DNA from: Marsupella aquatica
Taxonomy: Eukaryota > Plantae > Marchantiophyta
DNA length: 64,000 nucleotides
NCBI GenBank assembly: GCA_973895155.1
Contig: OZ316895.1
Location: forward strand, 21,154,558-21,218,557
Direction: 5' to 3'
Shown: positions 24,106 to 36,300 of the stretch, one piece after another
Numbering within the stretch: position 1 is the stretch's first letter
Layout of the letters: each line of letters begins with the position of its first letter
Translations under genes and position numbers: made by a program
The notes under the pieces: model-generated
The model's input: only the letters and a program-made list of their open reading frames with translations
The model's database searches: none
What the model was told of the DNA's origin: nothing

Positions 24106-25357
24106 TTATCTGGTTTCACTCTAAGTAGGGCAGGAGGTCATACACAGACTCCCCATGCTTATCTTTATTGACAAAAGCACACTCTCAATATCAAAATCTT
24201 CTGTTATCATACAGTATGATCTGGTTTCACTCTAAGTGGGGCAAGAGGTCATGCACGCTGCCTTCCTTTACCCAGACTCCCCATGATTATCCTTATTGAA
24301 GAGCATACTCATGCTTATCCCTGTTCACAAGCATACTCAAGTATCAGAATTTTCTGTAAATACCTATAAGGAGTAGGTCATGAATGATAGATTTTCATTG
24401 CAAATTACAAGGACTCAATATAGATTTCAGGGAACAGGTGTGACATTCCAAAACCAAATGATTGCTCAGCTGGCCAATCATATAAAAGGATAAGAAGCAT
24501 CCCATGGATGTTATTCACCTAAAGCAGACAGAAAGAGCTCCTCAAATATCCCGTGGATGTCACTCACCTAATAAAGGAAAAAGAAAGAACCCTCAAATCT
24601 TGAAGACCCCACCTCATCATCTCTGATTTGGGGTGTGTACAATCTTGATGAGAGCCTATTACTGAATTGTCAGTCTAGTCAATGTAAACTCTTCATAGTA
24701 ATTAGTGTTACTCACACTAATTTAAGAGCAGACATTTTTTAACTCTTGAATTAGTGTTGCTCACACTAATTTTGTTATAACACAAATTCAGTGCACTGAT
24801 TTAGTGTTCCTGCTGTCCCAAGAGTGGAAATTAGAGTCAAAATCTTGGAATGCTAGGCCAAACCCCCTATGCCAGACCCCTGTCCACTTGTTTGAGCTAG
24901 ATGGATAGGCTTCCACTCCAGTAGTAATATAGCATGCTCATCCTGGAACATGTTTTATTTTTTGTCTTGTAATGATCTGAAAGTAAATAAAATATGAGAG
25001 CATAGAAGTGTTGTTATATAAGTAAAGTGTCTGCCAAGAAAAGCACACTGACCAAGAAAAGGTACAGTCAAATGATGCTACGATGTGTGCACTTAACTCA
25101 GGGTGCCTTATGAATGACACTCCTTTCAATAAAAACCATAAACCTAGGAAAGAAAAACATGAGGAGAACTTAAGAGGCTATGCATTCATGTTCTTCAGCA
25201 TCATTTCTCTCACTCGTGGTGGTGGAGCCTTTGGTTTCATCTCTAAGAAAACACATACTGTGAAAGGGGGCTGCCAAAATAAGTTCAAAACACTCTAGAA
25301 TACCTAAAACTAAAGGGGTCTAAAAATTAATTAAAAATGTATAGAATACAAAGGCTG

Positions 25358-25701
25358 TGTTGAGCATAGACGACATTCGCAACTGCAAGCCCATGAACCA
25401 TCCAATGCACAAGAGTTGACACAGAGAGATACGTGGTTCACCTCCACATGAGGCTACGTCCACGGGAACACACAAGAGCTTTACTGCACTCTAGGCCGAC
25501 CGGCCATACCAAGCATCCACAGGACAAGCTCTCCCTATCTCTCAACTAGCTCCGTAACAATGAGCCTACATTCCACCAGGGTCTGGCATTAGCCCTGGCT
25601 TAATACACAATAGCACTACCGCTAACATTAGCTAAGTCCTAACCCGAGTTAAATTAATTGTGGTTAGCTCATGAGTCACAAGACTAGAGCAATATCTAAC
25701 A
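25358..25701 (-). repeat. 3' LTR of the outer copia
   Basis: 344 bp direct repeat of 39581-39923, preceded on the minus strand by PPT AAGGGGGAGTT. Confidence 0.95.
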
Positions 25702-28001
25702 AACTCCCCCTTGACTCTTGTTTTGGGGACTGGACTAAATGCTACCATATGGAATCCTCAGCGGGAAGTTCTAGACAATCACCTAAACAGGTCTCCCCCT
25801 AAAAACCACAAGGGTTAACTAAGGGTTAACTAGAACTAAGTCGTAGTCAAACTGGAATGAGTAATCCATATACAAATAGTCACACATTGCTAAATAACTC
25901 TACTTGCACTACAACTGCAAAACCTACAAAAGTAGCACAGTGTCTTGAGAAACGCTCCAAAGGAATCACTTTGGTAAAGGCATCAGCGGGATTGAGCTTT
26001 CCATCAATCTTGACTAGCTCAAAGTTTTATCAGACACTGCTTGCCTGATAAAATGGTATCTGATATCAATGTGCTTCACCCTTCTATCCATCACCTGGTT
26101 AGCAGCCAAGTGAAGAGCACTCTGACTATCACAGTTTAGAGACATTTTGCCATGCTCTAAACCCATCTCTGCAATCAACTTGTCCAACCAAATTGCTTCC
26201 TTTGCTGCTTCTGCTGCTACAACATACTCTGCTTCTGTAGTAGACTGAGATATACACTTTTGCAAGGTAGATTTCCAACTGATACATCCTCCTCCAAGAG
26301 TAAATACAAACCCAATTGTAGACCTCCTTATATCCAGTCAGCCTCCATAGTCAGAATCTACATAGCCAACTAACGTTCTATCTGATCTGGCATCAAATAG
26401 TAATTCATAGTCATGTGTTCCCTTCACATACCTGAGAATCCATTTCACAGCTTTCCAATGTACCTTCCCTAGATTTGACATGAATCTGCTGACCTTGCCC
26501 ATTGCTAGGGCCAAGTCAAGCCTAGTACAAGTTATCAAATACATCAGACTGCCTATTGCCTTCTCATAAGAAATCTTAGCCATCAGACCTTTCTCCACAA
26601 CATCCATAGGAGAGAAAGCCGATGATAACTTGAAATGTGAAGCTAAAGGAATATTCATTGGCTTATAGTTTTCCATGTTGAATCGTGCAAGTACTTTCCT
26701 TGCATACTGGCCTTGACTCAAGCACAATTGTCCAGTATAAGAGTTCCTAAAAATCTCCATCCTTAAGATCCTCTTGGCCTTACCAAGATCCTTCATCTTG
26801 AATTCAACATTCAATTTTGCCTTGAGTTTGTCAACCTCAGATTGATCTTTAGCCACAATCAGCATGTCATCCACATAGATCATCAGAATGATGAAACCAA
26901 ACACATCATTCTTGACTAATTTCGTATACACACAAGGATCACACACCATCCTTGTAAAACCTTGAGCAAGCATGAAATCATCAAACCGCTTGTTCCACTG
27001 TCTGGGAGATTGCTTCAATCCATACAAGGACTTGAACAATTTGCAAACTAAGTTCTTTTGGCCCTTCTTCATAAAGCCTAGTGGTTGTCTCATGAAGATC
27101 ATCTCTTCCAAGTTGCCATAGAGAAAAGCAGTAACAACATCCATCTGATCCATCACCAGACCAAAAAACACAACAAGCTGATACAAGATCCAAATTGTGG
27201 AATACTTAGCCACCGGTGAAAAGACCTCATTGTAGTCCACTCCTTTCTCCTGAGTGAATCCCTTGGCAACAAGCCTTGCCTTGTAGATCTTATCTCTACC
27301 CTCTGAAGGACTGTCCTTCAACTTGTAAATCCACTTGCTGTCCACCACTTGCTAAACTCTTGGAAGCTCCACCAGCTCCCATGTCTTGTTGTCACTCAAA
27401 GATTGTAACTCCCTCTGCATTGCTGCATTCCACTCATGCTTCTGCTCTAAAGCACAAGCCTCACTCTACAAAGAAGGCTCTCCTTCTTCCAAGATCAAAG
27501 CCATATCATCTTCATCAGGTGCAATGTCAATATCATCTAACTTAGATGAGTCTGCCCATTGACCATACCTGGTAGGAGCTCTAGTAGAATGACTGGAAGT
27601 TCTTCTAGTAGATGACTCAGGCTGTTGCTACTGGTTGAATTTGAGGTACCCCAGCAACAATCTGCTCCTCTTGTTCCATCACAGGAACCAGTTCCAAGCC
27701 CGGAGCTGCTTCATCTCTCTTGTCATGAACAACATCATGACTAATCTCCCCCTCAACCCGGTCCGGGATGGGAGATTTCCCCTTGTCAGTATGGGAGTCC
27801 TGAGAACTCTCCCCCTCCTTTGATGATCTGGATTCATTAAAGGACACATCTCTACTGACAATTAGTCTACAGGTTACTGGATCCCATAACCTATAACCCT
27901 TCATAGCCAAGGAAAATGCACTTCTTTGACTTGGTCTCCAGCTTGGATCAAAGTTAGGAAGGTGTAAGCACATATGCATCACATCCAAAAATCCTCAGAT
28001 G

Positions 28002-29082
28002 CCCTGGGCCCTTAGCTTAACTAATATGGGACCCCCCGTGCGAACAACTCAAGGGGTTTTTAAATCCTTTTTTTGAATAATAGTTATAATCGCTTATAAT
28101 GTAACAACCCTTTGTTTTATTGGGTTCCATGTTATAATGAACCAAGGTGATCTAAAAAATAGGGTTTGAGTAGTTGTATGTAAGGGTAAAGCATATAGGG
28201 CCGCCACACGTCAATACTCATTCATCCACGTGTCATTACATCCTTGGTTTAAGGTGTGCAAACACATTTGAATTTTTGGGGGATAGGGGAAATTTTGCCT
28301 TTAGGGGGTCTCGTGTACCATTTATGGATGACCAAAATGGTCTGCCGTTGATCTCTTTGATGCTCTATATCAAACGGTGTAGGGGTATATATGGCCTTGT
28401 AGGGCCCCCAAAGAAGGAGGAGGTCAAGTAGACATCGTTGTTCAATGCGTGTTGCGTCAGATGGGGATTCTATGATGCCATAAGTGATAGAGAGAGAGTC
28501 TCAATCCAGAGTCACTTATGTACCTCGGTGTATATTTATCACTTCTAGTGATCAAAGAATTGGTTTAAATGTAATAATTTTTCCAATGCTTTAGACTCAA
28601 AGGATAACTTTCCTGTAAACGATGATGAATATGCTCAATAAACTATGGGACAAACTTAAGTGCAATGTGGACTTACGGTTTTCATAGATGACAACGTAGG
28701 ATGTTTACAACTTAAATTTGGATACTTGTATGAGTTTGTTTGACTCTTAAATGCCTCGACTCCTACCTTCTTGCGAGGAAGTGTGTACATATAAAGAATA
28801 TGTTGTTCCTATTTTTGCTTTTGATAATGTGAAATGTTTATTCCAATCTGTTTGACTTAGAATCTCTTTGATAGAATTTTTTTTATAACACCTGAAGAGC
28901 ATATTTAATGTCATTTTGATGAAGATTATAATAGCCTAAAGGGCTTTCTTAATGACCCAAAAGTAATTTATTAATACTAATAAGAGCTTTTTAAAAGGGC
29001 AAAAAATAGTACTGAAGGGGTTTGGAGGGGAGGGGCGTTCACAGGCCGGTTCCATTAATATACACGGAGTAAGGGCCCAGGG
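28002..29082. mobile_element. Non-autonomous TIR DNA transposon (1081 bp), superfamily unassigned
   Basis: Perfect 13-bp TIR CCCTGGGCCCTTA / TAAGGGCCCAGGG and 8-bp TSD CTCAGATG (27994-28001, 29083-29090). Removing it restores the copia integrase motif DYSHLRIFGC. The interior is AT-rich with no transposase. Confidence 0.9.
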
Positions 29083-29321
29083 CTCAGATGTGAGTAATCT
29101 GTTGGACGCCCGTACCTCATTTCAAATGGCGTCTTGAATCCAATAGAACTGGATGGAGAAAAATTTACCAAATAAGTTGCAGTGTTGATAGCTTCAGCCT
29201 AAAACTCATGTGGTAAGCATGATTGACTCAACATACTCCTCAAGCGGTCCAATAGTGTTCGGTTAAGTCTCTCAGAAACACCATTTTGCTGAGGAGTATA
29301 ACTTATTGTGAGATGGCGGGT

Positions 29322-30436
29322 TGTGACACCTGAATTTTTTGCAAAATCAATGGAAGATGGAAATAAGATGCAAAGTTCACGAATTAATTGCATTTTGGTA
29401 CCCAAATGCCCAACTTTACCTTGCTGACAATACTTATGAAGGACGCTTCTGAGAGGTGTCCCATGGAGACCAAACTTATGTATTTCGAAGACAGATTTTT
29501 GTTACTCATTTACCCTAGTTATTTAGTGATCTTTTTCTACCTTAGTTTAGTACTCAATTTTTATTACCTTTTTTCTAAGTTTTGAAAAGGCATGATTTTT
29601 CATTTCCCCTTTTTATGCTCCACTTAGACCTATAAGATTATTGTTTTCCTTTTTGTTTTTCAGTGAAGCTTGTATTCAGTATTGCAAACTTTTGCAAGTT
29701 TCCCTCCTTCCTTTGTAATCATTGCTTTTGAGAATGATTTATGAATGAAGTAAAACACTTCCTTTGTGATGTAATGAATTTATTTCAGAAGATTCCTGTT
29801 GGTGCCTGAGTTTTCATTACAGATTTCCAAGATCAAATGAATTCAAATTAGAATTGCTTGTGGGTCAAGAATCGCTAAGAATTCAATGATAAATGTGGAT
29901 AAAAAGGAGCAAGATTCTGATTTCAGAATAGTTAGTACCGTTACCCTTACTTTGGCATACCCACTAGTGATAGATCAGAGTTGCGTATCGCCGAAGTTCT
30001 ATCCATGTTGACGGCATTTTAGTGAGTATCATTGTATCGGTCACTAGAAAGCTACTTGGTGTTGGTGAGCATTTACCCTTTCTGTTTATATTTTCATGGT
30101 GATGGAGAAGAGCAATTGAGCAATTGTTAACACGATAAGACCAAAATCCTTCTTGAAGGAGTGGCAGTGGAGATTCAATCCATTGGACTTCGGTTCTAAA
30201 AGTTTTTTCATAATCCATGACTTGGGAATTAATCTTTTCTGTTCATTTTGTTAGTTTATCCATTTATTTCTCTTTTGTCTGAAGATTTGGTTGAGTGATA
30301 CTCTTAAGTCTTCAAAACAGTTACAATCATTCAATCCATTCCTATTTCGTTCTTAAAGGGATCGAAACCTTGGTCTTTAAGTGAAAAGTGTCACTTTCGA
30401 TTCTTCCGGCTATACCACATTTTTTTGGCGCCGCTG
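29322..30436 (+). mobile_element. Ty3/gypsy (Athila-like) 5' LTR plus PBS remnant, inserted in the copia integrase
   Basis: TGTGACACC...ACCACA (29322-30419) is followed by TTTTTTTGGCGCCGCTG, close to a tRNA-Asp PBS. An Athila-like GGGATCGA motif lies near the LTR end. Host integrase sequence between VWLY and RHLT is missing. Confidence 0.65.
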
Positions 30437-31416
30437 ATATAGCCACACATACCTTGAGTAATCGTCAATGAACATGACATAGTATAACCATCCAGAATGT
30501 GAGGGAGTAGGGGCTGGACCCCACACATCACTATGTACATACTCAAGTACCTCCTTGCTGGTGTGAGTTCCAACTCCAAAGGGTTTCCTGTGCTGCTTCC
30601 CAAGCACACAGTGCTCACAAAAATCCAACTTACAAGATTTCAAATTAGAAAGTAATCATTTCTTCTGAAGAATAACCAAACCTTTTTCACTTATGTGGCC
30701 CAAACGGAAGTGCCACAGCCGGGCCGTCTCCTCATGAGATAAGGTTACATTGGCTTCATCACAGACTACACTGCCCTCCAAAATGTATAGATTGTTATGT
30801 CTCCTTCCTTCAATACAACTTTAGTACCAGTTGAAACCTGAAGGACACCATTAGCAGAACTCCACTGATTGTCATTTGCTTCTAAAACTCCAAGTGAAAT
30901 AAGATTTTTCATCATGCTGGGAATATGTCTCACATTCCTCAACGTTCTCACAGCACCATCAAACATCTGAAATCTAACAGATCCAAGTCCAACTACTTGA
31001 CATGGGATTCCATTTCCCATCAACACTGACCCGTTGGAAACCGTGTAAGAACTGAAAAAATCTCTCCTAGTGCAAATGTGAAAAGTACATGCACTATCTA
31101 GAATCCAGTCATCACTACCTGGATTTGACACTACGTTGAGAGCATATCCTTGGCATCACAATATGTCATCATCATCAAGCAAATCTACCTCATGCGAGCT
31201 CGATGCCGCGTTAGCAGATGCAGTAGGGTTCTTTAGTTGACAATCCCTTTTCATGTGGCCAAGCTTGCCACAATTCCAACATGCAAGAGGCTTCCTCTCT
31301 TGTGATTTCCCTCTAGATTTAGATCTCCCCCGTGATGTAGATCTAAACCTATTCTGCCCATTTGAGCGCTGCACTGCTCTCCCACGATTCACGTTCAGTG
31401 CAGTGCTAGAAGAAGA

Positions 31417-31704
31417 TGTTAGGAATTGACTCCAGTTCTCGACTTAGTTAGCTTGGCCTTACTAGGGTTAGTTAACCTTGGATTACATTAGGATAAGATC
31501 CGCTTAGTTTAGGCCCACTCATCTTGGCCCCCTTGGGGGTATAGGTTGGAGGGAGAGAACTCTCTCCCTCATTCTTCACATGTATTCTCATTTGCTATGG
31601 AGTCTTCGGGAGTTTCTCCACTCGGGTGTCTCGTTGGTGTAGCGTCTGATTGAGTGTCTCTCATTCCGCATTGCTGTCTAGTCCGGAACCGACGGTTTCT
31701 TACA
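31417..31704 (+). repeat. 5' LTR of the inner copia
   Basis: TG..CA ends, followed by a tRNA-Met PBS. Confidence 0.95.
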
Positions 31705-33327
31705 AGTGGTATCAGAGCTTTGTGTTCGTGGTTCGGTGGCCTCGGCAGTGGTGAGAGCGTTTTTGTGTTGGATCGGGGTGAAAGATTGAATCGTCAACGA
31801 CGATTGCGTGATCGTTTCACTGGTCGTTTTGCGTTGGAGATCTAGTGTTCGAAAGTGGTGACGGTTTTCCGATTGAAACTTCAGCTTGGAGTGTCGGATG
31901 TGTCTATTCTTTTGAAGGGCTGTCGGGTATACAGTCCAACGATCTGTTATGCACGTTGGTGAGCACTACGTCTTGGTGAAATTTTCACACCGTTTGACCA
32001 AGTGAGTGCAAAGTAATCTCTAATTGAGTTTGCTGCTTAGAGCTTGAAGCTCTTGGTTACATTTAATCGTATTCAAGTACTTATCATTGTGGGACCTGTG
32101 TGGGGTCGAGTTTTCCTCGTAAAACATCGAGGTCCGTGACTCGTCCAAAGTTGCCAGTTTTAATTTTCCTTTACCCTTTGGTCGTCGCATCGCAATATTT
32201 CTCGGTGCAGCGGACGGCATTTGATACTTGCGTACGTCGTTTGGGTGGTACGCACATGAAGACGTGGCTCCCTGCCCAGGCCCGGTACAAAGCAAAGGTG
32301 TACAAGGGCTTGCACGAGGCCCTATGCCTGGTAGGTAGCTAGGGCCAAGGTGCTAGTTGGGCAAGCACTTGTGTACCTGCAAGTGCTGCACTAAAGGAGG
32401 TACAAAGGGGAGAGAGGGAGCGTACATGCTCCCTTCCCATGGGAGCACTTTAAATTCTGACACAATACAGGGTACAAGGGGATTGAAAAGGCACAAGGTA
32501 CATCTGTACCTTCTGGTACTATGAGCATTGAATGGAGTAGCAGGGTACTGTGGCTTTGAATAGGCCCAAAGTACAAAAGAGAAGGAGCGTATGTGCTCCC
32601 TTCTCTTGTTAGAGCATTTTTTGTTAAGGGCTGGTGACCCTATGCAAAGGCAGCCGGTACGAGCAAGGTGCAACAGGTGCCACAAGGGGATTGTGTGCAC
32701 ATAAGAACAGAGGGCAAGTGTTAGGGTCGACACGCGACCCTATGTGCGGGGCAAGGATTTTTTTAAAGAAATTTTTGAGGTCGGGAGGGACGAACGCTCG
32801 TCCTTAGTCCTCATTGTTTTTTTTATGTGTTCCTTTCTTTTTCTTTCCGCGATTCCTCTTCCTTCCAAGGCGGACAGGTGTCAGCTCCATGTTCCTTCTG
32901 CTGTACATTTCGATTGTACTTTGATTCCTTGGAAAAGATACTTTTCCAGAAAGCTATTTTTTGACCAAAATTTCCAAATTTGGCGGTCGTCAAGGCAGAA
33001 TTTTTCCGTGACACTTTGCAAGGGGATACTCAAGGGAGTTGAGCATGGGCTAGTGAAATTGATTTGTGCGTTGCTGTTGCAAAATTGTTTTGAGACCTAA
33101 GATACCCGACGGGGGTCAAAACGACCATTTTGACCCCCCTCCGGTCCGGGTTGAATAAGTTTTGCTGAAGAAGTTTTTCTCCGAATCATTTTCAGATCTA
33201 GGCAGTGTACCTTGTAGGCTACGCGGCGGTGCATCTCATTTCCACTTTCGCCAACTTCCAATTTGTGGTGATTTTTTGGATGGAGGTATTTTGGTTTTGT
33301 GTTTCCTGTGTGTTTGTAGCAGCATCA

Positions 33328-36300
33328 ATGACTTCAAGAAAGCTTGCGGCGCCAAAGTTTGAGGTGGAAAAGTTTGACAGGAAGGTCAACTTCAGCCTCT
33401 GGACTCGGAAGGTGACCAACGTGTTGATCCAACAGGGTCTTGAGAAGACCCTCACTGGAGTGAAACCCTCGAATCTAACAGATGGGGAGTGGGAGGACAT
33501 GTCGATGCAGGCGTGTAGCACAATTGAGTTGTTCTTGACAAACAACATTCTCAAGAACGTGTTGGGGATGGATCGGAATGCCAAGAAGATCTGGGATATG
33601 CTACCTCAACTCTACCAGAGTACTTCGTTGACTACTCACATTTATCACTTGGAGCGGCTGTTCAGGTTGAAGTTGAAGGATGGTGGCAACATGCGTGATC
33701 ACCTCAGTCTCTTCGATGAGATTGTGCACGAGGTGACCACGGCGGGAGACAAGTTGACCGATGAGTATCTTGCGATGCATTTGTTGATGTCGCTTCCTCA
33801 GACCTATTCGACATTGGTGACGGTCATCACACATGACAAGTCTACGTTGAAGTTGGATGAGGTGAAGGCTACCGTTCTTGCAGAATGGGGCAAGCGACAA
33901 CTTTCTGGCCGTGACAATGAGTCTGCTGCCTTAGTGGTTAGAGGCAGATCGACGAAGCGTACTACGGATCAGTCTAGATCTAAATCACATAGTAGATCTA
34001 AATCTAAGTCCCGTAGTAAGAAATTTCAGTGTTGGCATTGCCATGAGAAGGGCCACACCAAGTGGAATTGTCCTTCTCTATCAAAGCAGAAGCGTCCTGC
34101 TTCCAATGGTGCGTCCTCATCGTCAGTTGGTATTGTGATTGCTAATAATGAGGATGTTGTTGAAGTGCTATGTATTGGTGCTGTGAATTTAGTGTATGAC
34201 AATAAATGGATGTTGGATTCGGGTTCCTCCTATGACGTGTGTCCAACGCAATCGTATTTCTCCACTTACCAACCTTGTACCAGTACTGTGGAAATCGGAA
34301 ATGGAGTCCGATGCGCGATTGTTGGCATGGGGACTATCAAATTTCGGATGTTTGATGGTGTTGTGCGAGCACTGACAAGAGTCAGACACATACCAGACAT
34401 CTCTAAAAATTTGATTTCTCTTGGTGCTTTGGAAGCTGGTGGATCTCATTTCACTGCACGTGATGGTGTGCTCTTTGTTGTCAAAGATGATATATCTTTG
34501 ATTAAGGCGCTATGGCAGAATAATTTGTACATCTTGGAAGGAGATGTCATTGCTCCTAGAGTGCAGCATGTGGATTCTGTGGTGGAACGCTCGGATGCAG
34601 TGGCAACATCTACCGCAGAGTCATCTTAGGTTGCTTCAATTGAAGCACCCTCAACATCTGGTTGCACACAAGCCAAAGATTTGTGGCATGCACGGTTGGG
34701 GCACTTGAGTGGTAAAGGATTGGCAACCGTGGCAAACAAAGATTTGCTGTAAGGGGCTCAATCTTGGTAAACTCTCTTTCTATGAAGATTGCATCTTTGG
34801 CAAGCAGAGGAGAGTGAGTTTCAGTTCTAGTTCATACCATTCTCATGAGATACTTGAGTATGTACATTCGGATGTTTGGGGTCCAGCGCCGGAACCATCG
34901 TTGGGTGGAGCCAGATATTTTGTGACATTTGTAGATGATTACTCTCGAATGTGTTGGCTGTACTACATGAAGGAGAAGTCTCAAGTCTTTGAGATCTTCA
35001 AGGAGTGGAAAGCCATGGTGGAGCTACAAACTGGGAAGGAGTTGAAGTGTGTTCGGTCCGATAACGATAGCAAGTATAAGTCCAATGAGTTTGATCAATT
35101 TGGTCGGGACCTTAGCCTCAAGCGTCATTACACTGTATCGGAGACCCCGCAGCATAGTGGAGTTGCAGAACGGTTGAATCGGACATTACTGGAGAAAGCA
35201 CGCATCATGCAGCTTTGTAAGTCTAAGTTGCCCAAAACTTTTGGGCTGAAGCTGTCAACCAAGCTGCATATGTCTACAATCTGTCACCGCACAGTAGTAA
35301 GTTGATGCAAACTCCATTTGAGTTGTGGTATAAGAGACCTGCTGATTACTCTAGACTTTGAGTTTTTGGTTGTGCTGCCTATGTTCACATTGAGTAGACA
35401 CACAGGTCTAAGTTGGATCCCAAGTCTAAGAAATGTATTTTTCTAGGCTTTAGTCCTGGGCAGAAGGGCTATAAATTGTGGGATCCTGTCGATTGCAAGG
35501 CAATTGTGAGCAAAAATGTTCTTTTTGACGAAGAATGGTTGTCAAGACCCCGGGATATTCAGGAGGAACAGGTGGAGGAACCCACTACGGTGGAGCTTGG
35601 TGATGATGAGGAAACTGCTGGTCCCTCTGGTAGAGGTGCAATTCCTCAACCAAGGCGCTCCACCAGGGCCAATTTTGGCCCAACCCCCTGATAGATTTGG
35701 ATTTGCAGATCCTCGTGTTCACGTTGTTGAACATGACGATGATCCCGGTGTTGTTTTGCTTACTGAAGATGGAGACCCCTCTAGCTATGAAGAAGCTATG
35801 GCCTCTTCAGAGAAGGATATTAAGTGGATGGAGGCGATGTTGAAGGAGATGAATTCTTTGAAGAAGAATTCAACTTGGCGCTTAACTGACATGCCTCACG
35901 GGAAAACACTGGTTTCGTGTAGATGGTTGTACAAGAAGAAGCAAGATGACACTTACAAGGCACGCCTTGTGGCCAAAGGGTACACCCAGAAGAAGGGCTT
36001 GGACTACACGGAGATTTTCTCACCAGTTGTCAAACTCGCTACTATCCGTGTTTTACTTGCAATTGTGGCATTCTATGATCTTGAGTTAGATCAGATGGAT
36101 GTAATTACCAGACACTTGGTGTGTAAGCTCTTGGGCTCGTTATACAGATTGAAGCAAAGTCCAAGACAGTGGAATAAGCATTTTGATTCCTTCATGTTAT
36201 CTCAGGGGTTCACGCGAAGTGAACATGATTGTTGTATTTACACGAAGGAGGTGAAGAATTACTCACGCTTTGGTTACATTGTGCTGGCATTGTATGTGGA

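Larger units (their letters stand above)
21563..24360. repeat. ~120 bp tandem repeat, about 5 units, split by a Helitron insertion (21563-21846 and 24106-24360)
   Basis: The unit AAATATCAAAATCTTCTGTTATCATAAAGTATGATCTGGTTTCACTCTAAG...CAGACTCCCCATGCTTATCTTTATTGACAAAAGC occurs on both sides of the insert. Confidence 0.85.
25880..31416 (-). pseudogene. Outer copia gag C-terminus and pol (PR, IN, RT, RNase H), disrupted by stops, frameshifts and two insertions
   Basis: Zinc knuckle CWNCGKLGHMKRDC; protease WILDSAC; integrase YVHSDVWGP, FIDDYSR and TPQQNGVSERLNRTL; RT YKARLVAKGFTQ, SLYGLKQSPRQW and YVDD; RNase H STTEAEY, CDSQSA and KHIDIRYHFIR. Confidence 0.9.

Noticed and set aside
31151-31190. 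40-nt GT...AG segment spanning the gag/pol stop as a possible intron
   Set aside because: Removal shifts the frame and hits a stop, and the segment is too short for a typical intron.
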